Assembly (NCBI GenBank): GCA_965227515.1
Contig: CBDDFZ010000001.1
Coordinates: 928,001-992,000, forward strand
Direction: 5' to 3'
Length of the DNA: 64,000 bases
Origin: Alphaproteobacteria bacterium
GTDB taxonomy: Bacteria > Pseudomonadota > Alphaproteobacteria > CALKHQ01
The position numbers were made by a program, and so were the translations under genes. Shown here piece after piece: positions 1-9,142 of this stretch. The notes below the pieces were generated by a model. That model saw nothing but the letters and a program-made list of their open reading frames with translations, had not been told where the DNA came from and searched no databases. Each line of letters starts with the position of its first letter. Position 1 is the first letter of the stretch.

Positions 1-205
1 CCAGGCAGGTGGTGCCGTGGGTGGCCACCGCGTGCACGATGTCGCGCTCCGACAGGATGCCGTCGACCGCGCCCGCGCGGTCCGAGACGACAATGACCCC
101 GATATGCTCGCGCTGGAGGGTCGCTGCCGCGTCGGCCATCTTGGAGCCCGGCGTGGCGTGAACGACCCTGTTGCCCTTGTCCTTCAGGATGGCTGCAACA
201 TGCAT
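1..205 (-). CDS. CBS-domain protein (5' part; runs off the window)
   Basis: Translated by hand: MHVAAILKDKGNRVVHATPGSKMADAAATLQREHIGVIVVSDRAGAVDGILSERDIVHAV, with the typical CBS 'IG..GILSERD' motif and a GGAGG RBS upstream. Not in the ORF track. Confidence 0.9.
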   Translation of the reverse strand, partial: MHVAAILKDKGNRVVHATPGSKMADAAATLQREHIGVIVVSDRAGAVDGILSERDIVHAVATHGTTCL

Positions 206-386
206 GGCGTCCTCCGCCTTTTCTTCTGATTTGGGGGACAAGAATGCTACCGCAGTCGCGCGGAATGTCGACCGGCGATTTGGGGGTGAATTGCTGACCT
301 AAGTTCGCATTGCCTGATACCGACTGCGCCAAGAAACAGCTCAAATTCTTCGGCGTCATCAACACAGTTGAGCGCTTCCAACCACT

Positions 387-478
387 ATCGTCATGCCCGC
401 ACTTGTTGCGGGCATCCACGTCTTTGGATCGGGCGATGACAAGTCGTGGATGGTCGGGACAAGCCCGACCATGACGAT
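387..478. repeat. Palindromic REP-like element, type A (GTCATGCCCGCACTTGTTGCGGGCATCCACG...CGTGGATGGTCGGGACAAGCCCGACCATGAC)
   Basis: Nested inverted repeats; near-identical arms at 62666-62756. Confidence 0.9.
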
Positions 479-505
479 TGTGAATAATTTCAATGAGTTC
501 CAATC

Positions 506-603
506 TCATCGCGAGGACTGAAATGACGACGCGATCCAGGCGACTGACTTGACGTCACGCATGTTGCCCTGGATTGCCGCGTCGCTCCGCTCCTCGCAAT
601 GAC
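506..603. repeat. Palindromic RPE-like element, type B (TCATCGCGAG...CTGGATTGCCGCGTCGC..CTCCTCGCAATGAC)
   Basis: Terminal inverted repeats; related copy at 62814-62916. Confidence 0.8.
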
Positions 604-704
604 GGCAAGGGCGCGGGAGATGGCGCCACTAGCCCAATAGCGTATATGGCCCCAAAAACGGTTGTCGCATTCACTGGTCCCCGCACCGACACGAAAGAAT
701 CGCA

Positions 705-2489
705 CTAACCCCCAAGCGGCCAGACGATCACGATCAGCGGCACCGCCACGGCGACGATCAGGATTTCCAGCGGCAGGCCCATCCGCCAATAATCGCCGAA
801 GCGATAGCCGCCCGGCCCCATGACCAGGACGTTGTTCTGGTGGCCGATCGGGGTCAGGAAGGCGCACGACGCGCCGATCGCCACCGCCATCAGGAACGGG
901 TCTGGGCTGACGCCCAGCGCAATCGCGATCTGCGCGGAGATCGGCGCCATCACCACCGCCGTGGCGGCATTGTTCATGATGTCCGACAAGGTCATCGTCA
1001 CCACCAGCACGATGGCCAGGATGATCACCGGGTCCAGCGCCGCCCCCACGTCCAGCACCAGGCCGGCGATCAACGCGGTGCCGCCGGTCGCCTCCAGGGC
1101 GCCGCCGAGCGGGATCATGGTCGCCAGCAGCGCGATCACCGGCCAGTCGATGGACTGGTACATGGCGCGCGGCGTGATCGTGCCGCTGACCACCATCACG
1201 CCCACGGCGAGCGCGAACGCGACCGCTGCCGTGGTGACCCCTGCCGCCGTCAGCGCGATGGCGCCGATGAAGATCGCCAGCGGCAGCCAGATGTTGCGAT
1301 TTGCCGTCAGCGACAGGGCGCGGGTGGCGAGCGGCAGGCACCCCATCTCGCGCGCGACATCCGGCAGCGCGTCAAGCTCGCCCTGCACCAGCAGCACGTC
1401 GCCGGCGACGAACGGCACCTCGCCCAGCCGGCGCTTGATCGGCCGCCCCTCGCGCGCGATTGCCAGCAGGTTGGCGCCATAGCGGCGGCGGAAATGCAGG
1501 CGGGCCGCCGAGCGGTTCTCCACCGCGGCGCCCGGCTGCACCACCATCTCCATCAGGCCGACGTCCTCGGAACGCAGGTCCTGGGTGTCGAAGTCGGCGC
1601 GGCCGACGAAGTCGATGCCCGTCTTGCCGACCAGGTTCTTCAGATCCGCCGGGTCGCCGCGCACGATGACGATGTCGCCCTGGGCGATCTCCATCATGCG
1701 CAGGCTGGAATAGAAGCGCGCGTGGCCGCGAATGATGCCGACCACCGCGACCGTGTCGCCATGGTCCTTTTCCAAGTCGCGCACAGTGGTGCCGATCAGC
1801 TTGGCGCCTTCGCCGATCTTCAACTCGGTCATGTAGTCGCGAATCTCGAACGCCTCTTCCGCCGATTGCCGGCCGCGCCGGTCGGTGGGCACCAGGCGCC
1901 AGCCGATCAGCACGACGAAGATGACGCCGGCAATGGCGACCAGCGCGCCGACGGGCGAGTAGTCGAACATCGAAAACGGCTCGCCGGCCGCGCCCGCGCG
2001 GTAGTTGGCGACGATGATGTTGGGCGGCGTGCCGATCTGGGTGGTCAGCCCGCCCAGGATGGTGCCGAACGACAGCGGCATCAGGATGTGGGAGGGCGAC
2101 TGGCCGTTGGCGCGGGCGTTGCGCAGGGCCAGCGGCATCAACAGCGCCAGCGCGCCGACATTGTTCATAAAGCCGGAAATGAGGGCGCCGACCCCGGTCA
2201 TCAGCGCGATGTGAACCATCGTGTTGCCGGTCAGCCCGGCCAGCCGGGCGGCCACGATGTCGAGCAGGCCGGAATTCTGCAGCGCCTGGCTGATCACCAG
2301 CACGGCGGCGACGGTGATGACGGCGGGGTGGCCGAAGCCGGAGAACGCGTCGCCCGCCGGCACCACGCCGGCCAGGGTCGCGGTCAGCAGCGCGCCGCAA
2401 GCCACGATGTCGTACCGGAACCGTCCCCAGACGAACAGAACCAGGGCGATACCCAGCACGGCGAAGATGATGATCTGTTCGGTTGTCAT
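705..2489 (-). CDS. SLC13/CitMHS-type di-/tricarboxylate transporter with TrkA-C domains
   Basis: 594 aa, many TM helices, motifs FMNNVGA, GTPPNII, FLTPIGHQNN..VMGPGGYRFGDY, central soluble TrkA-C pair. Confidence 0.9.
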   Translation of the reverse strand: MTTEQIIIFAVLGIALVLFVWGRFRYDIVACGALLTATLAGVVPAGDAFSGFGHPAVITVAAVLVISQALQNSGLLDIVAARLAGLTGNTMVHIALMTGVGALISGFMNNVGALALLMPLALRNARANGQSPSHILMPLSFGTILGGLTTQIGTPPNIIVANYRAGAAGEPFSMFDYSPVGALVAIAGVIFVVLIGWRLVPTDRRGRQSAEEAFEIRDYMTELKIGEGAKLIGTTVRDLEKDHGDTVAVVGIIRGHARFYSSLRMMEIAQGDIVIVRGDPADLKNLVGKTGIDFVGRADFDTQDLRSEDVGLMEMVVQPGAAVENRSAARLHFRRRYGANLLAIAREGRPIKRRLGEVPFVAGDVLLVQGELDALPDVAREMGCLPLATRALSLTANRNIWLPLAIFIGAIALTAAGVTTAAVAFALAVGVMVVSGTITPRAMYQSIDWPVIALLATMIPLGGALEATGGTALIAGLVLDVGAALDPVIILAIVLVVTMTLSDIMNNAATAVVMAPISAQIAIALGVSPDPFLMAVAIGASCAFLTPIGHQNNVLVMGPGGYRFGDYWRMGLPLEILIVAVAVPLIVIVWPLGG

Positions 2490-2601
2490 GCCTGCTCGCC
2501 GTGCTCAATCCTATGTCGCCGGCATTTTCACGGCCGGCATTTTCATTGCCATTGGGGCGCCCTACTATGGCGGGGGGCGAGGCCAAGCGAAAGCAGGTGA
2601 C

Positions 2602-3372
2602 ATGGCGAAATTGGAAGTCCACCAGGTTCCGGTGCTCAGCGACAACTACGTCTATCTGGCGCACGACCCGGAGACCGGCGACACCGCGGTCATCGACCCG
2701 GCGGTCGCCGAACCGGTGATGCAGGCGGCGGACGCGAAGGGGTGGCGGATCACCCACATCCTGAACACCCACCACCACAACGACCATGTCGGCGGCAACA
2801 TGACGATCCAGGCCGCGACCGGCTGCACCATCGTCGGACCGCGCGCCGACGAGGCCCGCATCCCCGGCATCCAGGTCGCGGTCGGCGACGGCGACACCTA
2901 TGCGCTGGGCAGCCAGGTGGCGCAGGTGTTCGACGTGCCCGGCCATACCCGCGGCCACATCGCCTACTGGTTCGCGGACAGCGACGTGCTGTTCTGCGGC
3001 GACACCCTGTTCGCGCTGGGCTGCGGACGCCTGTTCGAGGGCAGCCCCAAGCAGATGTGGCATTCGCTCGGCAAGCTGCGCGACCTGCCGGGTTCGGCCA
3101 AGGTCTATTGCGCGCACGAATACACCCAGGCCAATGCGCGCTTCGCGCTGACCGTCGAGCCGGAGAACGAGGCCCTGGTGGACCGCGCGCGCGCGATCGA
3201 CGGCCTGCGCCGCGAGGGGCAGCCGACGGTGCCGTCGACCCTGGCCGAGGAGCGCGAGACCAACCCGTTCCTGCGCGCCGACGCGCCAGAGCTGGCCGCC
3301 GCCATCGGCATGGCCGGCGCCGATCCGGTCAGCGTGTTCGCCGAGGTCCGCGCCCGCAAGGACCAGTTCTAG
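2602..3372 (+). CDS. gloB: Hydroxyacylglutathione hydrolase (glyoxalase II)
   Basis: DNY.Y, THHHNDHVGG metallo-beta-lactamase motif, PGHTRGH, GDTLFALGCGRLFEG, CAHEYT, TNPFLR. Start set at MAKLEV. Confidence 0.95.
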   Translation: MAKLEVHQVPVLSDNYVYLAHDPETGDTAVIDPAVAEPVMQAADAKGWRITHILNTHHHNDHVGGNMTIQAATGCTIVGPRADEARIPGIQVAVGDGDTYALGSQVAQVFDVPGHTRGHIAYWFADSDVLFCGDTLFALGCGRLFEGSPKQMWHSLGKLRDLPGSAKVYCAHEYTQANARFALTVEPENEALVDRARAIDGLRREGQPTVPSTLAEERETNPFLRADAPELAAAIGMAGADPVSVFAEVRARKDQF

Positions 3373-3395
3373 AGTTCTTTGTATTCAAGTCGGCA

Positions 3396-3467
3396 CCGGC
3401 CCTCTCCCCCACCCGGGCACCCAGACAGCATACTTTCGTTGGGCGGCCGGGTGGGGGAGAGGGCCGG
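3396..3467. repeat. Palindromic element with perfect 21-bp arms (CCGGCCCTCTCCCCCACCCGG)
   Basis: 3396-3416 is the reverse complement of 3447-3467; intergenic. Confidence 0.85.
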
Positions 3468-3523
3468 CGCAGACTTCAGCGCAAGCTGATCGAAAAATCA
3501 TCCCACCTTACCCGGAGTACCCA

Positions 3524-4141
3524 ATGAAGCTGTTCTATAGCGCGACCTCTCCGTTCGTGCGCATTGTCATGGTCACTGCCCACGAGCTTGGCCTGGTCGA
3601 CCGGATCACGTTGCAGCCGGTCTCCGCGACACCGGTCGACCCGCCGGCGGAGCTGCTGGCGGTCAATCCGCTGGCCAAGGTGCCGACCCTGGTCACCGAC
3701 GACGGTCTGGCGCTCTACGATTCGCGGGTGATCTGCGGCTATCTGGACGGGTTGGCTGGCGACAAGGCCCTGATGCCGCCGGAAGGCCCGGGGCAGCGCA
3801 CCACCGAGCAGCGGATCGCGCTCGCCAACGGCATCCTCGATGCCGCGGTGCTCTCGATCTACGAGAAGCGTTTCCGGTCGGCGGAACAGCAGTCCGGCGC
3901 CTGGCTTGCCGGCCAGCGCCGCAAGATCGACAGCGCGCTGGATGCCCTGAATGTCCAGGCGGAGGGTTGGCAGGACGCCCGGTTCGGCCTCGACAAGATC
4001 GCGGTGGCCTGCGCGCTCGGCTACCTGGACTTCCGCTTCGGCGATGCGGACTGGCGCAACGGGCGGCCCGCCCTGGCGCAGTGGTACGGCCAGGTTTCCG
4101 AACGGCCGTCGATGACCGCGACCGTGCCGTCGGACGCCTGA
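3524..4141 (+). CDS. Glutathione S-transferase family protein
   Basis: SATSPFVR, NPLAKVPTL, LYDSRVI, ACALGYLDFRF. Confidence 0.93.
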   Translation: MKLFYSATSPFVRIVMVTAHELGLVDRITLQPVSATPVDPPAELLAVNPLAKVPTLVTDDGLALYDSRVICGYLDGLAGDKALMPPEGPGQRTTEQRIALANGILDAAVLSIYEKRFRSAEQQSGAWLAGQRRKIDSALDALNVQAEGWQDARFGLDKIAVACALGYLDFRFGDADWRNGRPALAQWYGQVSERPSMTATVPSDA

Positions 4142-4436
4142 GTATCGCCCCATTTTTCTCCCAACGTGCGCGGCGCTCGGGGCACGTGTTCACACTGGTG
4201 TGACGGCGCGGTGCCGCAGCCTTGCTGCAAACCCCCTTGGCAGCGGCACCGGGTCGCCATTATTAAGGCGTATTCATATTTTATGTTCGCATTCATAGGC
4301 GCATGAATTTGCGGGGGCCGTGGCGTCTAACGTCTTGACGCGGCACCGGAATTGACGATCCAAGTCACCTGACGCATTCTGGGGGCCGTTCGGCCGGCGA
4401 AAATGTGTCGGGTTCGCGCGTAATCGAGTGGGGAAC

Positions 4437-7400
4437 ATGGTGGCCGTCATGAGACCGTTGTTCGCTGGAACACTGCTCCTGATTGTCTGGTGCCTTGGCA
4501 CGACCGGCATATATGCCGACGATCGCGGTGCCACGCGCCAGAATGAAGAGCTTGGGCCGGAGCGTCGTGTCGCGCTGGTCATCGGCAACAGCGACTACGA
4601 GCACACCGCCCGGCTGGCCAATCCCATCAACGACGCCGAGGCGATGGGCGATTCGCTGACCGAGCTTGGATTCGAGGTCTACCTGGGCATCGATCTCGAC
4701 AAACAGGCCTTCGACGCCCTGATCTACCAGTTCATCATTGCGCTCGACGATGCGGATGTCGGGCTGTTCTTTTACGCCGGCCACGGGCTGCAGGTGGACG
4801 ACATCAACTATCTGGTGCCCGTTGACGCGCGCCTGGAGCACGAGGCTGACCTGTTCTACCAAGTGGTCCGCGCCAACGACATCGTCGCCCAGCTTTCCCG
4901 CCCGGACTTCATGGGCCTGGTGTTCCTGGATGCCTGCCGCAACAATCCGCTTGCGCGCAGCCTGACGACCACATCGCGCAGCGTCGGCCGCGGCCTGGCC
5001 GAAATGCGGACCAGTGCCTCCGGCACCCTGATCGTCTATGCCACCGCGGCCGGCGAGGTCGCCTACGACGGCGACGGCGACCACAGCCCGTTCACCCAGG
5101 CCCTGCTGAACAACATCAACGAGCCCAATCTGGACGTCCGCCTGATGCTGGACGACGTCGCCGCCGAGATGCGCGAGGTCACCGACGGCGCCCAGACGCC
5201 GTGGGTGCACTATGCGCCGACCGGCAACTCGTTCCAGTTCAATCCGCAGGTCCAGGTTGTCGAGAACCCGGAGACCGATGGGCCGCCGGAGATCGACGGC
5301 GCCCAGGTGGCCGTCTACGACGCGCAAGCCGCGATCCAGCTCTACGTGCAAGCGACCACGGCCACCGATCTGGAATTGCAGCGCGTGCTGCTGGAGCAGT
5401 TCATCGCGACCTATCCGGAGCATCCGCTGGCCATTCCGGTGGCGCAGAAGCTGACCGAGGTGATCCAGGCGATCGAGGCGGCGCGTGCCGCCGTGCCGGA
5501 CCCCGACCGCGACAATCCCCCCGCGGGTGATGTCAATAATCCGCCGGTGGTCGCCCCGACCCGCACCCTGGAGCTGGATGCCGACGCCGGCGAGGCCGAG
5601 CTTGGCATCGACAAGCCCTCCGACGAGGATGGCGACGATCTCGTCATCACGGTTCTGGAGCTGCCGCGGGCCGGCGACGTGCTCTCGCGCGGCATCGCCG
5701 TGGCGGTGGACCAGGAACTGTCGCTTCTGCAGCTCGGCGCGCTGACCTACGTGCCGGACCCCGAGTTCCAGGGCTCGGCGGGCGTGTTCCGCTACAGCGT
5801 CGACGACGGCAACGAGGATGGCGTCGTCGAGGGCCTGCTGCGGATCAGCCTGCGTGCGCCCAACCAGTCGCCGATCATTCCCGACGTGCTGCGCGTGAAC
5901 GTGCCGATCGATGCCGAGACGCACCCGCTGCGCATCCCGGCGCCCATCGACCCGGACAACGATGTCCTGACGCTGCGGACGACGTGGCTGCCCAACAGCG
6001 GCACCATCGAGATGAACGGGCGCCCCATCGGCCGCTTCGAGGAACTGACCATCTATCAGCTCACCGCGCTGACCTATCGCCCGGATGGCGAGGCCACCGG
6101 TCAGGTCGGCTCGTTCGAGTACGAGGTCAGCGACGAGCGCGGCGGTGTGGTGCGCGGCATCGTGCGCATCACCATCGTCACCCCGAACCTGCCGCCGGTG
6201 CTGGCCGACCAGCGCTTCGTGGAAGTGACAGCCAGTGCCGAGGGTGCGCCGCTGGAGCTGTCGCTGCCGACCGATCCGGAAGGCGACGCGCTGTTCTTCC
6301 GCATCACCTGGCTGCCCAGCCGTGGCGAGGTCCATCTTGGCGCGCAGGCCCTGAGCATTGGCGACACGCTGACCGCGCGCGATTTCGGCCGGCTGGTCTA
6401 TGTGGCGGCGGCCGGGCATTCCGGCGACGCCGGCTCGTTCGAGTTCGAAGTCACCGACGAGACCAACGATCCGGTGCGCGGCATGGTGCGCATCACCGTG
6501 GTGGCGCCGGACCAGCCGCCGCAGGTGGTGGAGAACCAGGCCGTCGTGGTGCAGGCTTCGGCCGGGGCCGCGTCGCTGGTGTTCGACGCGCCGTCCGACA
6601 GCGGCGACGACAGCTTCGAGGTGACGATCCTGGAGCTGCCCTATCGCGGCACCGTGACCCTGGGCAACCGCCCGCTGCGGGTGGGCGACACCATTCCCGG
6701 CGACGAGTTCGCGCAACTGCGCTACGAGCCGTCGGCCGGCCATGTCGGCGATGCCGGCATCCTGCGCTATGCCGCGGCCGACGCGTCCCATTCCCCCGTC
6801 GTCGGCGAGGTCGCCATCGCGGTGGAGAGCGACAACCGTGCGCCGTGGGTGCCGGAGTTCCGCGAGATTTCGGTGCCGTCCGGGACCGCCACCAATCTGG
6901 GGCTGAGCCTGCCCACGGATCCGGACAACGATCCGATGACCGTGCGCATCCTGCAGCTGCCCTCGCCCGGCGAGATGCTGCTGAACGGCGGCGTGGTCCG
7001 GGTTGGCGACGAATTCGCCCACCGCGAGCTGGCGGCGCTGGAGTTCCGCGCCACCGCCGTGGACCTGGCATCCAGCCGGTTCAGCTATGAGGTCGACGAC
7101 GGCCGCGGCGGCGTGGTGCCGGCCAGCGTCTCGCTGTCGGTCGAGCCGGTCGCGAACGCCCTGGCCAGCGGCCCGCTGCCGTCGGACCCCGGCGGCACCT
7201 TGGCCGATGCCCTGGACATCGGGTCGATCGACGGCCAGGACCTGGAATACACTGGCAGCGTCGATGCGCTGGATGTGGACGACTACCTGCGGTTCGAGAT
7301 CGGCAGCTGGTCGGCCGTCGAGATCGAGATCGACGGCCTGGAGGATGACGCCGACCTGATCGTGTGGACCGAAGACGAGCGGGTGGCCGGTTCGTCGGAG

Positions 7401-8873
7401 TTCATCGGCCAGGAAGCCGAGGAGGTGCAGCAGATCCTGCCGCCTGGCGTCTACTACATCCACATTCTGGGCTACGAAGGCGCGGTCACGCCCTACGTGC
7501 TGAGCGTCTCGGCGGAGCGTGCCAACCAGCCGCCGGCCGACACCATCGGCAACAGCGCCGCCAACGCCGCGCCCTTGGGCACCGTCACGGCGACCAACGT
7601 GCTGCAGCGGAGCGAGCGGCTGGACCTGATGGACGAGGAGGATTGGTATTCCTTCACCATCTCCCAGGGCATGACCGTGCTGGTGCAGACCACCGGGCTG
7701 AGCCAGGACATGGACCTGGAGCTCTATGACGCCAACGTCAATTTCCTGCAGTCGAGCAACGAGGGCGGCTATCGCGACGAAGCCATCGCGATGCGCCTGG
7801 AGCCGGGTACGTATTACGCGAGGGTCTATGTCTACTCCGGCCAGTCCGACTACACGGTCAGCGTGCAGCAGACGCGCGACGACCTGGCCGGCAACGATCT
7901 GGACACCGCCACCAATCTCGGCGTGGTGACCGGGCAGGTCGTGCGGTCCGACTGGGTCGGCGCCGGCGACCAGAACGACTACTACGCGTTCCGCCTCAAC
8001 GGCGACAGCGACCTGACGCTTTCGCTGACCGGTCTCGCCGGCGATGCCGACATGGATCTGATGAACGGCATTGGCGAGATCCTGTTCAGCTCGACCAATG
8101 TGGAGCTGGCGGACGAGTACATCGAGGCGTCGTTGCAGGCCGGCGACTATTACGTCCGGGTGCTGCCCTATGAGGGCGAGACCGAGTACCAGCTGACCGT
8201 GGACGTGAGCCGGGCCGAAACGCTGGCCGAGCTGCAGGCATGGGAACAGGGCTGGAGCCAGGAGGAGCGCCGTGTCGTGCAGCGCGCCCTTGCGCTGCTG
8301 GGCCACTATGACAGCACCATCGACGGCATTTTCGGTGGCGGCACGCGGGCGGCGATCGAGGCCTACCAAGTCAGCATCGGTGCCACCAACGTCACCGGTT
8401 ATCTGTCGCGCAACCAGCGCATCAGCCTGTCGGTGGATGCCGCCGACGCGGCCATGGCCTTGGCCGAGGCCGCGGCCGTGAACGCGCGCTCCGCGGCATC
8501 GGCACCGGGCGCGTCGTACGACGAATACAACGGCGGCGACACCTATGAGGGCGATCGCGGCCGGGTCGGCTTCGGCGTCTACACCTGGTCGGCGGGGCAC
8601 ACCTACGCCGGCGAATGGGACGGGTCGCGCGACGGCTATGGCGTGCTCGATATGGTGCAGGGCGCATGGTACGGCGGCCAGTGGGCGGAATCGGTCTTCA
8701 CTGGCTTCGGCGTGGTGATCAGCCCGGACGGCGACCGCATGGCCGGCGAGTGGCACATGCCGCCGAGCGCCGATCTCGACACCGGCATGAACGGCGTCGG
8801 CATCATTCAATACGCCGACGGGTCGGTGGAATCCGGCGTGTTCCGCGACGGCGTGCTGGTGGAGCCGTTCTAA
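4437..8873 (+). CDS. Exported caspase-like (peptidase C14) multidomain protein: C14 + 5 cadherin-like repeats + 3 PPC + PG-binding + MORN-like repeats
   Basis: Signal-like N-terminus; RVALVIGN, FFYAGHG (His), FLDACRNNP (Cys), SPFT; five ~100-aa NxPP..DPDxD..LP..G..F.Y.V.D repeats; three DxxGN..DYY.F..DADL repeats; VQRALALLGHY..IDGIFGGGTRAAIEAYQ; G.GVY/Y.GEW repeats. Start uncertain (4428, 4437 or 4449). Confidence 0.88.
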   Translation: MVAVMRPLFAGTLLLIVWCLGTTGIYADDRGATRQNEELGPERRVALVIGNSDYEHTARLANPINDAEAMGDSLTELGFEVYLGIDLDKQAFDALIYQFIIALDDADVGLFFYAGHGLQVDDINYLVPVDARLEHEADLFYQVVRANDIVAQLSRPDFMGLVFLDACRNNPLARSLTTTSRSVGRGLAEMRTSASGTLIVYATAAGEVAYDGDGDHSPFTQALLNNINEPNLDVRLMLDDVAAEMREVTDGAQTPWVHYAPTGNSFQFNPQVQVVENPETDGPPEIDGAQVAVYDAQAAIQLYVQATTATDLELQRVLLEQFIATYPEHPLAIPVAQKLTEVIQAIEAARAAVPDPDRDNPPAGDVNNPPVVAPTRTLELDADAGEAELGIDKPSDEDGDDLVITVLELPRAGDVLSRGIAVAVDQELSLLQLGALTYVPDPEFQGSAGVFRYSVDDGNEDGVVEGLLRISLRAPNQSPIIPDVLRVNVPIDAETHPLRIPAPIDPDNDVLTLRTTWLPNSGTIEMNGRPIGRFEELTIYQLTALTYRPDGEATGQVGSFEYEVSDERGGVVRGIVRITIVTPNLPPVLADQRFVEVTASAEGAPLELSLPTDPEGDALFFRITWLPSRGEVHLGAQALSIGDTLTARDFGRLVYVAAAGHSGDAGSFEFEVTDETNDPVRGMVRITVVAPDQPPQVVENQAVVVQASAGAASLVFDAPSDSGDDSFEVTILELPYRGTVTLGNRPLRVGDTIPGDEFAQLRYEPSAGHVGDAGILRYAAADASHSPVVGEVAIAVESDNRAPWVPEFREISVPSGTATNLGLSLPTDPDNDPMTVRILQLPSPGEMLLNGGVVRVGDEFAHRELAALEFRATAVDLASSRFSYEVDDGRGGVVPASVSLSVEPVANALASGPLPSDPGGTLADALDIGSIDGQDLEYTGSVDALDVDDYLRFEIGSWSAVEIEIDGLEDDADLIVWTEDERVAGSSEFIGQEAEEVQQILPPGVYYIHILGYEGAVTPYVLSVSAERANQPPADTIGNSAANAAPLGTVTATNVLQRSERLDLMDEEDWYSFTISQGMTVLVQTTGLSQDMDLELYDANVNFLQSSNEGGYRDEAIAMRLEPGTYYARVYVYSGQSDYTVSVQQTRDDLAGNDLDTATNLGVVTGQVVRSDWVGAGDQNDYYAFRLNGDSDLTLSLTGLAGDADMDLMNGIGEILFSSTNVELADEYIEASLQAGDYYVRVLPYEGETEYQLTVDVSRAETLAELQAWEQGWSQEERRVVQRALALLGHYDSTIDGIFGGGTRAAIEAYQVSIGATNVTGYLSRNQRISLSVDAADAAMALAEAAAVNARSAASAPGASYDEYNGGDTYEGDRGRVGFGVYTWSAGHTYAGEWDGSRDGYGVLDMVQGAWYGGQWAESVFTGFGVVISPDGDRMAGEWHMPPSADLDTGMNGVGIIQYADGSVESGVFRDGVLVEPF

Positions 8874-9142
8874 GATAGAGCGGGATCAGCTTGCGCTGAG
8901 TCCGCGCCAGCCCTTTCCCCCACCCGGCGCGCTGCCCGGGCAGGTTGGTGGGCGATGTGCCGGTTGCGCCGTGGCAATGTATCAACGTACTTGCATATGC
9001 ACGCCGATGTATAAAGGTGCCACGGTCGATTCGCCCCGTGCGCGGCGTCACGGCGGTGGGCATGTCGTTTGCCGCCCGCCAAGTGCCGCCGTCCAACGGG
9101 AGATGCCGACCGGCGACGCACGCCACTGACCGGGACAGCTTG

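Noticed and set aside
17-229. Plus-strand 70-aa ORF
   Set aside because: Antisense shadow of the CBS-domain gene on the minus strand.
4365-8810. 1481-aa antisense ORF mirroring the caspase gene, and similar long shadows at 18688-20958, 29965-32667 and 39302-41509
   Set aside because: Expected in high-GC DNA with strong codon bias; no motifs, while the opposite strand carries recognisable domains.
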